A DNA stretch of 63,985 nucleotides, the filler included, from Stramenopiles sp. TOSAG23-3 (Eukaryota), in assembly GCA_900128585.1 (NCBI GenBank). It is 3 parts of 3 records of this genome, joined end to end, with 100 filler letters (N's around TTAATTAATTAA, not from the genome) between each part and the next. Parts side by side here need not be neighbours in the genome. Positions count along the whole stretch, not along the records: positions 22,107 to 44,080 come from LT642345.1; 2 more parts are not named here. One strand, 5' to 3'. Of the stretch, positions 29,495-39,351 are shown piece by piece. Position numbers and translations under genes: made by a program. The notes beneath the pieces are model-generated. The model did not search any database. It saw nothing but the letters and a program-made list of their open reading frames with translations, and was not told the origin of the DNA. Within the stretch, counting starts at the first letter, position 1. Every line of letters begins with the position of its first letter.

Positions 29495-31633
29495 TTATTT
29501 CTGTTGCGACCGGCGCGCCCCAAAGCTGCGTTTCTTTGGTTGCCCCTTCTTCACGGAGCTGGCTCTTGCGGCGGCCCGTGTACGCGATGACTTTCTTCGC
29601 GGGGATCTTCTTGGGGCGGAATCAGGCACGGGACTATCTGCTTCGAAATCGTCAAAATGGCTGTCAAGGCCAGTTCCAGTTTCGCCTGGTGAAGATGCCG
29701 TGGGCATCTCTTCTTCCTGAGAATTTCCAATTTCGTCATCACTGCTGCTCACGGCAATGACTTCCGTGGCGCGGCGGCTAGTGCGAGACCGTGAACCCTT
29801 TGCAAGCGCAAACGGGTTGCTGCTTTTTGCGGATCGGGGCTTTATCTTATTTACAGGTTTCTTTTTGGCACGCTTTGCAGACCTTCCAGCGCTCCCGGAA
29901 CCACCCGCCGACCGCCTCTTCTTGCCGCGCAATGCACCGTTGCCGTTGGAATGGTCCACACCGTTTTCTTCTACCCCCCCGCTGGTGTTGACGTTGCTTT
30001 CGCTGGGGCTGGAGACGCTCGCGGCGTCCCTCGCCGCCTTTTGCTTCTCCTCCCGGTCTTGGTTTCGCTTGATCTCGGTGTCCTGGGCGACGGCCTCTTT
30101 GATTTTTTCAGGGTCCACCATACGGTTTCTCTTCAGCGCCTTCTGCGTTAGGAGGACGGTTCGCTCGATGCACTTCTGCAGCGCCTGGGCCTCGCCTTTG
30201 TGGACGTACTTGGTCAGCGCTTCGTTCATCCGTGGCTCCGGCAGCAGCTCCAGCTTTGCATTGCGCTTTTCAAGCTCCCTTACTATCCGGTTCCCCATGG
30301 AAACGCCGCCAATCCCGTTTTCGGAAAACCCGGAGTCTTCCCCGCCCATGATGTCTACCATTTCGCCTGCTCGCCGATTCCTTCCCGCTCGCTCGCCCGA
30401 CTTTCGCTTGTAAAACCGAACGACGCTCGTGGGATTTGCGATGCGGCCAGTGAACTGGTTCCCAAAGCGCTGGACGTTCAGCATGGGGTAGCCCGTCCGT
30501 TCCACTTTGCACCGGATCAGCGGGAGCACCCGTTGGTCTTTTCCGCGCGAAATTTTTCCGAACCCTGTCTTGGTGTTTTCCTCCCGGTGGACTTTTTCGA
30601 TCATCTCTTCGATTTTCTGGGTCAGTGCCCGGTGCACCTTTACGCCCGCGTTCGGGTCACTCTCGGACGTCCCCTCCAGCGCCTCGACCTCGGAGAGAAC
30701 GATTTCCTCGAAGCAAAAGGGTCGCACGGCCTTCAGCGGAATCTTTTTCATGAGAAAATCGGTTTTGTGAATCTTGACGATCGCAACGTGCTTTTTCAGC
30801 GCCTCGCCAGGGGTCAGCTGTGTCGCCACAGAGGACCCAGGCTGGGTGATGTGGTACCCTTGGGTGGACGCCACGACGTCGATGAGGCAGTCGTGCTCGT
30901 GGCCCCACATGACCAGGTCCAAAAACTTCGGGAGGAAACTCTCGTGGACGCAGTTTTTCGGCCCCCGCCCGCGGTCCCTGTTCTGATGAAGCACCATCAG
31001 GTTGAAGTATTCCCGCTTCGTTTCCATCGGTCGCAGAAACTTCACTTGCCCCGCCGTGAAGAGTCGGTTCAAGCGCTCGTCCCGGATGGCCCCCAGGCCG
31101 TACAGGGCGAGCTTCGTCTCGCCCTTGTCGATCAAAATCGGCTTCAGCAGTATCTCTTTGATCTGTGCCTGGGTGCCGAAGTAGTTCAAAAGGTTGCTCG
31201 CAGACAGGATGTCGCACGCGCTCAACGCTTCGGTCCCCGTGTCACGGGTGGGGTCGTCGTGGTTCCCGTTGATGGAAAAGACGGGCATGCCAACGTTAAA
31301 GTTCGGGTCCTCATAATTGACCCGCCCGCTCCTGAAGTTTTCCTTCTGCTGCGAGGATATGCAGATCTTTATGGCGTCGTCCCCCAGGGTGTATTTTCGC
31401 AAGAGCTCAATTGCCTTGAACACGGAGTGCCGCGAGGGTTTGTTTTCGTGGAACAGGTCGCCCCCGAGCAAGACCATGTCGACTTTGTTCTCCTTTCCTA
31501 TCTGTAAAATTTCTTCGAACGCAGCGAATGAGTCGTTGCATCGCACAGGGTCCTTTTCCATGAACCCCAAGTGGTTGTCCGTGGCTATCAATATTTTCAG
31601 CAAGGAGTCTTCATCCCGAGCCCCCGCCGCCAT
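29495..31633 (-). CDS. MRE11: Double-strand break repair nuclease MRE11
   Basis: ATG at 31633. Phosphoesterase motifs IATDNHLG, GGDLFHENKPS, GNHDDP, LHQNR, WGHEH, QPGSSVAT. Confidence 0.97.
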   Translation of the reverse strand: MAAGARDEDSLLKILIATDNHLGFMEKDPVRCNDSFAAFEEILQIGKENKVDMVLLGGDLFHENKPSRHSVFKAIELLRKYTLGDDAIKICISSQQKENFRSGRVNYEDPNFNVGMPVFSINGNHDDPTRDTGTEALSACDILSASNLLNYFGTQAQIKEILLKPILIDKGETKLALYGLGAIRDERLNRLFTAGQVKFLRPMETKREYFNLMVLHQNRDRGRGPKNCVHESFLPKFLDLVMWGHEHDCLIDVVASTQGYHITQPGSSVATQLTPGEALKKHVAIVKIHKTDFLMKKIPLKAVRPFCFEEIVLSEVEALEGTSESDPNAGVKVHRALTQKIEEMIEKVHREENTKTGFGKISRGKDQRVLPLIRCKVERTGYPMLNVQRFGNQFTGRIANPTSVVRFYKRKSGERAGRNRRAGEMVDIMGGEDSGFSENGIGGVSMGNRIVRELEKRNAKLELLPEPRMNEALTKYVHKGEAQALQKCIERTVLLTQKALKRNRMVDPEKIKEAVAQDTEIKRNQDREEKQKAARDAASVSSPSESNVNTSGGVEENGVDHSNGNGALRGKKRRSAGGSGSAGRSAKRAKKKPVNKIKPRSAKSSNPFALAKGSRSRTSRRATEVIAVSSSDDEIGNSQEEEMPTASSPGETGTGLDSHFDDFEADSPVPDSAPRRSPRRKSSRTRAAARASSVKKGQPKKRSFGARRSQQK

Positions 31634-32172
31634 CGTCTCGCTGATCCGAATTCGTACGTGAAAAGCGCAAACGGCCGTGAACCCTTCACCTAAGAAAGAG
31701 AAACGCAACAAAAGAGTGGTAGCAAAAAAATCGATTGAACGTTTGAACAGACAATTGAATCGTAGAATATCGTTTCCAATTGAATTCAATTTCTTTCTTT
31801 TAATACTTTTTTTCTTTGTTGAATTGGTTTGTAAAGATAATCTTCGTGCGAACAATAAATAATAATTTTTTGCCCCGCCCCCGTGCGTTCGAAGTTGTTA
31901 TTCTTTCTTCTTCTTTCTTTCTTTCTTTCTTTCTTTCTTTGTGTGTTGCTGTTGTGAGAAGAAAAAAAACATATACTAATAACATTATAAGTACAATTAT
32001 ATAGAGGTGAAAGAAACTAAAATCAATAAAAAAAATGAATCAATTATTCTAAATTGAAAAAAGACTCAATTTTATTATTATTTGCCGCGAAATGACATGG
32101 ACCTATTTTAATATAATAACCCTTATATATAACTCTATATATTATATTTAATAATTTGGATTTTGATCAGGC

Positions 32173-32501
32173 AGAAAAGAAGAAGAAGAAGAAGAAGAAG
32201 AAGAAGAAGAAGAAGAAGAAGAAGAAGAAGAAGAAGAAGAAGAAAGAAGAAAAGAAGAAAGAAGAAAGAAGAAGAAAGAAGAAGAGGAAGAAGAAGAAGA
32301 TGAAAAGAAGAAGAAGAAGAAGAAGAAAGAAGAAAGAAGAAAGAAGAAGAGGAAGAAGAAGAAGAAAGAAGAAGATGAAAAGAAGAAGAAGACTTTCTAT
32401 TATCGCTCTATTAAAACTAACTCATTCTTCTTCCTTCTTCTTCTTTTCTCATGTCTTCTTCCTTCTTCTTTTTCTTCTTCTTCTTCTTCTTCTTCTTCTT
32501 C
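32173..32501 (+). repeat. (GAA)n tract followed by an inverted (TTC)n tract
   Basis: GAA-rich at about 32173-32392 and TTC-rich at about 32425-32501, between divergent MRE11 and RCC1. Confidence 0.9.
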
Positions 32502-32774
32502 CATTCAATAATTTAAAAAATAATAATAATAATAATTATAAAACATTTGAATTCAATGAATTGAACCATTTTAGAAATAGAGACAGAGAGAAAGAAAGAA
32601 AGAAACATTGCCCCGAACAATACGTAGCACATATCTCTCTCTCTTCACAAATATACTAATAGGTAGACATAAACAGACAAAAGTTTTATTCTTTGTTTGT
32701 TTATTTTTTCCCCCCCCCCCCCCCTTTCCTTCCTTCTCCATCTACCGAGCGGTTCTTTCTTCCTGAACAATATC

Positions 32775-34286
32775 ATGCAGAACGAGACTTTGGACGCCCA
32801 GCTTAAGGCCTTGAATGATTCGTTCCGAAAATACATAGAATCGGTCTCCGCCTCGGACAACACTTTGGTGAATCCATGGACGCGGGCCGTGGAAGATTAT
32901 CTCATGTACGTGCGCGTGTTGAAGGAGACGTATTCGGCGCACGACGGGATCCTGCTGTCCTGGGGCACCGGCGACTGCGGCCAGCTCGGCCACGGCCAAG
33001 ACGCGAACGAAATGTGGATTGAGAACAAGCGCCCGAAAGTGATCAAAGGCCTTCCCAAGCGCCTGGCGCAGGTCGCTGCTGGGGGGATACACAACGTCAC
33101 CCTGTCCACGTCCGGGGAAGTCCACACGTGGGGGGTCAACGACGACTACGCGCTGGGGCGCACGGGCGTCGAGCACAACCCGCTTCCCATCGCGTTCGTT
33201 AACGCCAACCCGTACGCGGGGAAAATAATGATCGCCAAGGTGGGGGCGGGGGATTGCCACAGTTTGGCGTTGACGACGGACGGGCGCATATTCGGGTGGG
33301 GCGCGTTTCGAGACAAGGACGGGAAAAAGTTTTACCCGAACGACGACGGCAAGAAATCGTTCAAGTACACGCAGAAAACCCCTAGGGAGATGGTGAAGTT
33401 CTCCGCCATGTCCGGCAAGGCTGTGGTCGACATTGTCTGCGGCTCCTGCTTCAATTACGCCCGGCTGAGGAACGGGGCACTGTACTCCTGGGGAATCGGG
33501 GAGAACGGGGAGCTCGGGAGGAAGGTGTGCGAGATGCAAGAGACGATCGACGGGGAGCTGGAGTACAAGAAAGACGGCATTTACCGGACGCATTTGACCC
33601 CAAACACCGTCCAGTACAAGGACCCCAAGACTGGCGCCGTGGCCACCGTAGAATACGCCAAGGCCATCGGGTGCGGGGCGTACCACGCCCTGTTCACCGT
33701 GTCGTCCAAAAAGCACGGGTCCCAAGTGTACGCGACGGGAATGAACAATTATGGGCAGCTGGGCATCAAAGACCCGGACAGCAAGAAGGAGAAATGGCGG
33801 AACATTCCCGAGCTAGTCTCGGAGTTGTCGCCGTACAACGTTGCCATGATACAGGCAGGGGAGCACCACTCAGTCGTCCTGGACGCAAGCGGGCGCGTCT
33901 ACTCCTTTGGCCGTGGGGACAGTGGGCAGTTAGGCAGGAAAGGCCCTGACGACTCGAAGGGGCGTGTGTCGGAAGGGTACTTTGACCCAATCCCGGGACG
34001 CGTGGGCAAGGCAATGGTCGGTCACGCCATCAAACAAATCAGTTGCGGGTCAAACCACACGCTGGCGTTGTCCATTGAAAACAATATTTTTGCATGGGGT
34101 TACGGGGACAACGGCAGCCTCGGCCAGGGGAAGGAAGAGGACAGCCTGTTCCCCATTCAACTGCGAGAGAAAGAGTTGAAAAAAGGACAAGGGCACCAGG
34201 TCGTACAAGTAGAAGCTGGGGGCCAACATAGCTGTGCCATTATCATGGACGAACCTTCAAGCAAAAAAAGGAAATCCATGTTTTGA
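32775..34286 (+). CDS. RCC1: Regulator of chromosome condensation (RanGEF) with N-terminal Nup50-like segment
   Basis: ATG at 32775. RCC1 blades (WGTGDCGQLG, AGGIHNV, WGVNDDYALGR, GWGAFRD, GMNNYGQLG, GGQHS). NDDYALGR and WG-FRD are typical of RCC1 proper. C-terminal KKRK NLS. Confidence 0.9.
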   Translation: MQNETLDAQLKALNDSFRKYIESVSASDNTLVNPWTRAVEDYLMYVRVLKETYSAHDGILLSWGTGDCGQLGHGQDANEMWIENKRPKVIKGLPKRLAQVAAGGIHNVTLSTSGEVHTWGVNDDYALGRTGVEHNPLPIAFVNANPYAGKIMIAKVGAGDCHSLALTTDGRIFGWGAFRDKDGKKFYPNDDGKKSFKYTQKTPREMVKFSAMSGKAVVDIVCGSCFNYARLRNGALYSWGIGENGELGRKVCEMQETIDGELEYKKDGIYRTHLTPNTVQYKDPKTGAVATVEYAKAIGCGAYHALFTVSSKKHGSQVYATGMNNYGQLGIKDPDSKKEKWRNIPELVSELSPYNVAMIQAGEHHSVVLDASGRVYSFGRGDSGQLGRKGPDDSKGRVSEGYFDPIPGRVGKAMVGHAIKQISCGSNHTLALSIENNIFAWGYGDNGSLGQGKEEDSLFPIQLREKELKKGQGHQVVQVEAGGQHSCAIIMDEPSSKKRKSMF

Positions 34287-34904
34287 TGAAGTAACGTACG
34301 TTCTAATGGAAAAACTCAAGAACACACATTAGATATGCTTATCTCATTATTCTGTATGATACTTGTTCTCTGTTAAAATTTTATTTTATATTTTTTTACA
34401 ATAAGATAGAACACATATTTTATAAAATAATAAAAAAGCTTAATAAATATAATATAGAGCAGAAGAATGAAACACTTTAAAATAAACCTGGTAGGACGGA
34501 CACCACACCACACCACACTCCTCCTCCTTCCCCGCCCAGTAGCAGCAGCAGCAGCAGGCATATTATTATTATTACGAGGAGGGGCGAGGGGCGAGGGGCA
34601 GCAGCAACACAAGAAGAAGCAAGACACAACAAAAATAAAAAAAATAATAATAAACACGACTTTGACTATATAAATAATAATTATTAATATATAAAAAATA
34701 CATACAATAAATTAATAAATCAAAAAATATCTACCATACAAAAATGAAGAAGGAGAAGTGAGAGAGGTAAGGGTCGAACCAATCAGGAGTGTTTACAGGC
34801 AACGATAGTAATTAATAGATGCATGAATACCAAAAGGAATCGAGCAAGTTCGCTTAGAAAGGTACTGTAAATATTAGAACACATACATCAGGTTTTGTTT
34901 TGGG

Positions 34905-37499
34905 ATGGCTCCAATCATATTGATGGTGGCGGAGAAGCCCTCAATTTGCAACTCTATAGCGGCTGCACTTGCGGGTGGTTTAGACAACTGTCGTTCGCGG
35001 GGCAGGTCGCCGCCCATTCATGAGTTTGCAGGATCGTTTCAAGGTCGTACGGTAATGTTTAGGGTTACTTCTGTGACGGGCCATGTCTTCTCCGTCGACT
35101 TCCCTTCCGAGTTCCAGAATTGGGAGAGTACCGCGCCGGTCGAGCTGTTTGAGGCGCCCGTCGTCCGAAAGCCGACTCGTGGGAGCATGGTTAAATTTTT
35201 GAGGGACGAAGGGAAGGGGGTCGATTCGGTCGTTCTATGGTTGGATTGCGACAGGGAGGGGGAAAACATTTGCTTCGAAGTTCTCAGCTGTATGCAGTCG
35301 GGCATGATCAAGCGCAAAGGCCAGCAAATATACCGGGCAAAATTTAGCGCAATTAACCCAAGCGATATCAAGCAGGCCATGAAAACGCTGGGGGAACCGA
35401 ACAAGGACGAGTCGGACTCCGTTGATGCCCGGCAAGAGCTAGACTTAAAGGTGGGGGTTGCATTTTCTCGGTTTCAGACACGGTTCTTTCAAGGCCGTTA
35501 CGGCGACTTGGATTCGGGGTGCATTAGTTTCGGCCCGTGCCAAACCCCGACCTTGGGGTTCTGCGTCAACCGGCACTTGCAGATTAAGAATTTCACGCCC
35601 GAGGACTATTGGGTACTGGATTTGAGGATTATGCGAGACGGCCGGAACCTTGCCTTCGAGTGGGAGCGTGGGCGTGTGTTCGACCAAGAGGTGGCGATAA
35701 TGTTCGAAAAAATTGTGCTTCAAAAGGGCGCGCTGAAAGTTACCCAAGTGAATACAAAAGAGACGAAGCGCGGGCGCCCGACGCCGATGAACACCGTCGA
35801 GATGCTGAAAGCGGCGTCGAAGGTGCTGGGCATTGGTCCGAAAGAGTGCATGCATGCCGCGGAAAACCTGTACCTGATGGGGTACTTGAGCTACCCAAGG
35901 ACGGAGAGCACGGCCTACCCAGGGTCGTTCGACATTAAAGGTACGTTGCGCGAGCAGCAAAACCACGATGAGTGGGGCGATTTTGTTCGGGATTTGTTGC
36001 GGGACGGCCACACGAGGCCAAAGGGTGGCCACGACGCCGGGGACCACCCTCCCATAACCCCGATGAGACTCGCACAACCCGTCAATCTGCATGGCTCCCA
36101 AGCTCGCATTTACGACTTGGTGACAAGGCACTTTATCGCTACCGTGTCCCCAGACGCGCTGTTCATGACCACGAAAGTACAGGTAGAATGTTTGGGCAAT
36201 GGGACAGGAACCAAGGAAAAATTTAAAGTGACTGCAACGATCCTGGTGGACCCGGGGTACTTGGCGATACAGCGGAGGGAAGAAGTCGACCCCGATGCGA
36301 CGTTGCCAGAGTTCGAAGAGGGCGAAGTTTTGTCCATTGGACCGAAATGCAATTTGCAGGTTGTTGCTAAGCGCACATCTCCGCCTGGCTATTTGACGGA
36401 GTCCGAGCTGATTGGCACCATGGAACGTAACGGGATCGGAACGGATGCCTCTATACCCACACACATAGACAACATTTCAAAGCGCAACTACGTCTCGTTG
36501 GAGTCGGGGCGAAGACTGGTCCCCACACAGTTGGGAATTGTGTTGGTTCAAGGGTACTTGAGAATCGATCCCGACCTTGTCCTGCCACGCGTTCGTTCAG
36601 CCATTGAAGAACAGTGCTCGTTGATTGCAGCGGGAAAGGCAAACAAAGGGGATGTTGTGGAACAGTCACTGAGAAACTTTAGAGCAAAGTTCGAGTATTT
36701 TTGCTTGAAGATAAACATGATGGACGAACTGTTTGGAACGTCGTTTACAAAGTTGCAAAACTCAGGGACTGCATTTTCTAGGTGTGGGTTGACGCGGCGC
36801 TACTTGCAGTATATTGAGGGCCCCCCCGCGAGGCTTTACAATAAATACACGGAGCAAGTCTACTCATTGCCCCAAGGGGGGAAACTGAAGCCTGGACAAG
36901 GCGGCGTTTGCCCCGAGGGATGCAACTTTGAGTTAGTGCTGTACGTCGTAGGTTCCTCGCCCCCAAGGCATTATCCGTTTTGCCCCTACTGCTTTAACAA
37001 TCCGCAACCACAGTGGGGTCCAATGCCGAAAGACCAAACCGGCAGAAATTTTTGTTTGGAGTGCCCCTTGCCAGACTACCACCCTGTCATCAAGGACTTG
37101 ACCGTTTGCGACGACCCGGAAAGTGGGGGTGTGTTCATCATGGACATTGCTTCAAAACCGAAATGGAAATTCATCTCCACTCGTAGCGCATTTACAGTAA
37201 ATCTCCCCCGCACACTTGTCAGCAAAGTTCGTGTGTTGAAGCAAATTGACGAGGCCACTGGTTTTCACTTAGTAGAAGTTGAGTTTAAACCCGAAGCAGA
37301 AGTCGATGGTGTGGTTGGAAACAAACATGTAGGATGTTTGTTAACCGACCCATTGTTGCAAGGATTGCTGCATGCCCACGAAGGGAGCGATCGAATGAAG
37401 TATAGTGGCCGGGGACGGCGCGGCGGTCGAGGAGGGCGAGGTGGACGTGGTGGCCGCGGCGGACGGGGTGGACGAGGGGGGCGCAGAGAAAGACGTTAA
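34905..37499 (+). CDS. TOP3B: DNA/RNA topoisomerase III-beta
   Basis: MVAEKPS, WLDCDREGENICFEV, GPCQTPTLG, catalytic SYPRTES, GIGTDAS, C-terminal Cys-rich zinc-ribbon region and RGG tail. Confidence 0.96.
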   Translation: MAPIILMVAEKPSICNSIAAALAGGLDNCRSRGRSPPIHEFAGSFQGRTVMFRVTSVTGHVFSVDFPSEFQNWESTAPVELFEAPVVRKPTRGSMVKFLRDEGKGVDSVVLWLDCDREGENICFEVLSCMQSGMIKRKGQQIYRAKFSAINPSDIKQAMKTLGEPNKDESDSVDARQELDLKVGVAFSRFQTRFFQGRYGDLDSGCISFGPCQTPTLGFCVNRHLQIKNFTPEDYWVLDLRIMRDGRNLAFEWERGRVFDQEVAIMFEKIVLQKGALKVTQVNTKETKRGRPTPMNTVEMLKAASKVLGIGPKECMHAAENLYLMGYLSYPRTESTAYPGSFDIKGTLREQQNHDEWGDFVRDLLRDGHTRPKGGHDAGDHPPITPMRLAQPVNLHGSQARIYDLVTRHFIATVSPDALFMTTKVQVECLGNGTGTKEKFKVTATILVDPGYLAIQRREEVDPDATLPEFEEGEVLSIGPKCNLQVVAKRTSPPGYLTESELIGTMERNGIGTDASIPTHIDNISKRNYVSLESGRRLVPTQLGIVLVQGYLRIDPDLVLPRVRSAIEEQCSLIAAGKANKGDVVEQSLRNFRAKFEYFCLKINMMDELFGTSFTKLQNSGTAFSRCGLTRRYLQYIEGPPARLYNKYTEQVYSLPQGGKLKPGQGGVCPEGCNFELVLYVVGSSPPRHYPFCPYCFNNPQPQWGPMPKDQTGRNFCLECPLPDYHPVIKDLTVCDDPESGGVFIMDIASKPKWKFISTRSAFTVNLPRTLVSKVRVLKQIDEATGFHLVEVEFKPEAEVDGVVGNKHVGCLLTDPLLQGLLHAHEGSDRMKYSGRGRRGGRGGRGGRGGRGGRGGRGGRRERR
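37411..37485 (+). repeat. RGG-box coding repeat of TOP3B
   Basis: Encodes (RGG)n with varied synonymous codons. Confidence 0.85.
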
Positions 37500-37665
37500 A
37501 TCGCGGGTAACTATGATACTAACTTGGGGTAGTCTAACTAATTAAAAATCCAATATATTCATACGCGCTCAGAAAAATCGGAAGAATCCCACATTTTTTT
37601 TCAACAATAAAATAATTGGGTTTTAACATTATTTATACTACAGCATGATACTTATTATAAATGAC

Positions 37666-37997
37666 TAACAGCCAATTTTCTTGTTTTAAATCTAACATAA
37701 AACAATTAAGCCGCTGCTTTGAAGATCACACAAGGAATGAACCGTTTACGAGTGGAACACCGGATGAGGAAGTTGATTTATGGGTCATGTGGAAGCTGTG
37801 TTAATCCATCTACCGATTCAGATCAGTAAATGGAGTACATCTGAGAATGATAGTCAATACTAAGTGACAAGGGTATATCGATTAGTAAAACCTAACAGCC
37901 ATTTTTCTTGTTTTTAAAACAAAAAGAGCGAAGATAGATTTCAGTTCGCAGTACTTTAAAATTTTAATTACTTAAATAACAACAGCCAATTTTCTTG
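37666..37997 (+). repeat. Three copies of the dispersed TAACAGCCAATTTTCTTG element
   Basis: Copies at about 37666-37683, 37893-37910 (one mismatch) and 37964-37997. Confidence 0.9.
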
Positions 37998-38040
37998 TGT
38001 TTTTTAATTAGGATACACCCCTAGTACTCTTTCTTTTATG

Positions 38041-39351
38041 TTAGCACACGTAGACAACATGGTTTTCAGAATCTGCAATTGCGTACGTACCAGGCCCAAC
38101 AGTGTCCGGGTCACAGGCGACGGTGAAAATATTTTTCGACCTCAAACGTCCTCGCAAAAGCTGGCCTATACCATTTCCAAATCGATCGTATATCAACACG
38201 CACGACTCGCTTGCCGGAAGACGCGGGGCGCACACGGCCAGATTTTGATACTTGTCTACACCAACACTTGTTGGACCTGTGCCATCAACATGAACCCCAA
38301 ACGATTCTTCACCAATTGTTCTCTCGTACGAACCGTCTAGCATAAAATGAATTTGCACTCTATTGTTGCCATAGTCAGCAATTGCAAGCATACCGTCGTT
38401 CCAGAAGGCGACGTCGACGGGGGTGTCGAACGTACCTTTCGTTTTGCCGTACCCCCCAAACGAGAGCTGAGTGCGACCGTCGACAAAGCGAATCAATTGA
38501 ACTCTGTGGTTGCCGGTGTCTGCAACCGCAATGGTGTTGTATTTGCTGATCGACACGCCTTGGGGAGAGTCGAACTCACCCAACCGGTTTCCATTTGCCC
38601 CGATAGACTTGACAAATTCACCTTCGCGTGTAAAAATTTGCAATCTGTGGTTGTTTGTATCAGCAACCACAACCAACCCTTCTTGAGACACTGCTACCCC
38701 ACGCGGTTCGTTGAACTGCCCGTCTCCGGCTCCATACGACCCAAAAGAGCTAAGGAATTCGCCCCCAGTTCCACTGATTATGACTATGCGATGGTTGTCT
38801 GTGTCCGCGAACACAAGGTCGCCATTCTTCAGGAAGGCCATGCCACCTCCCTTGCCAGGAAAACGCAACAACTTTTCGCTCTTGCCTTCTTTCCCAGCCA
38901 CCCCAACTCCACGAATAAATGCGGTTCGCTTCCCTTCGTAAGCCTCTTTAAACCTTGGTGTTTCTCGCTCTTCTGGTTTCTCTCTGAAACGTTTGGTTAC
39001 GTGCTTTTTCGTGTCGATTTTTCTCGGAGAAAACTGCGACAGGTACTCAGACGTGCATTGGCTGCTTGGGACGTTTTGTACAGCCAACCGTTTCAAGTCA
39101 CTGTACAAATGGTCCAAGAAGGCGGCTTTTTCCCGCTGCGACATCTGTTCACGCTCTAACTGATTGAACTCCATCACGTACGATTTTGAAATTGTATCGA
39201 AAAGCTTTGCTTTTGCAAGGGGATCAATTGCCGCCGACATTTCCTCCTGGGCGATGATAGATTCCCGGTTGGGTTTGCCCCCGAACTTCCGCGGAGAAGC
39301 CAGTGGTGGCAAAGTTTGGCCTGGAATCGCACTTGAAGCCGCTGCTCCCAT
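38041..39351 (-). CDS. NHL-repeat beta-propeller protein, probably N-myristoylated
   Basis: Repeats FNEPRGVAVS...VADTNNHRLQIF, FDSPQGVSI...VADTGNHRVQ, FDTPVDVA...IADYGNNRVQ. N-terminus MGAAAS. Confidence 0.9.
   Translation of the reverse strand: MGAAASSAIPGQTLPPLASPRKFGGKPNRESIIAQEEMSAAIDPLAKAKLFDTISKSYVMEFNQLEREQMSQREKAAFLDHLYSDLKRLAVQNVPSSQCTSEYLSQFSPRKIDTKKHVTKRFREKPEERETPRFKEAYEGKRTAFIRGVGVAGKEGKSEKLLRFPGKGGGMAFLKNGDLVFADTDNHRIVIISGTGGEFLSSFGSYGAGDGQFNEPRGVAVSQEGLVVVADTNNHRLQIFTREGEFVKSIGANGNRLGEFDSPQGVSISKYNTIAVADTGNHRVQLIRFVDGRTQLSFGGYGKTKGTFDTPVDVAFWNDGMLAIADYGNNRVQIHFMLDGSYERTIGEESFGVHVDGTGPTSVGVDKYQNLAVCAPRLPASESCVLIYDRFGNGIGQLLRGRLRSKNIFTVACDPDTVGPGTYAIADSENHVVYVC

Noticed and set aside
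30200-31507. Long antisense ORFs (e.g. 435 aa opposite MRE11; others opposite the PPR, helicase, RCC1, TOP3B and chromatin genes)
   Set aside because: Shadow frames expected from GC-rich codon usage. No recognisable motifs.
29495-37499. MRE11-RCC1-TOP3B as a genome-maintenance cluster
   Set aside because: Three housekeeping neighbours in a gene-dense eukaryote can arise by chance. Conserved synteny cannot be shown from this window.
37666-37997. Repeat-spacer-repeat pattern as a CRISPR array
   Set aside because: Spacers are very unequal (about 210 and 55-70 nt), repeats are degenerate, there are no cas genes, and the context is eukaryotic.
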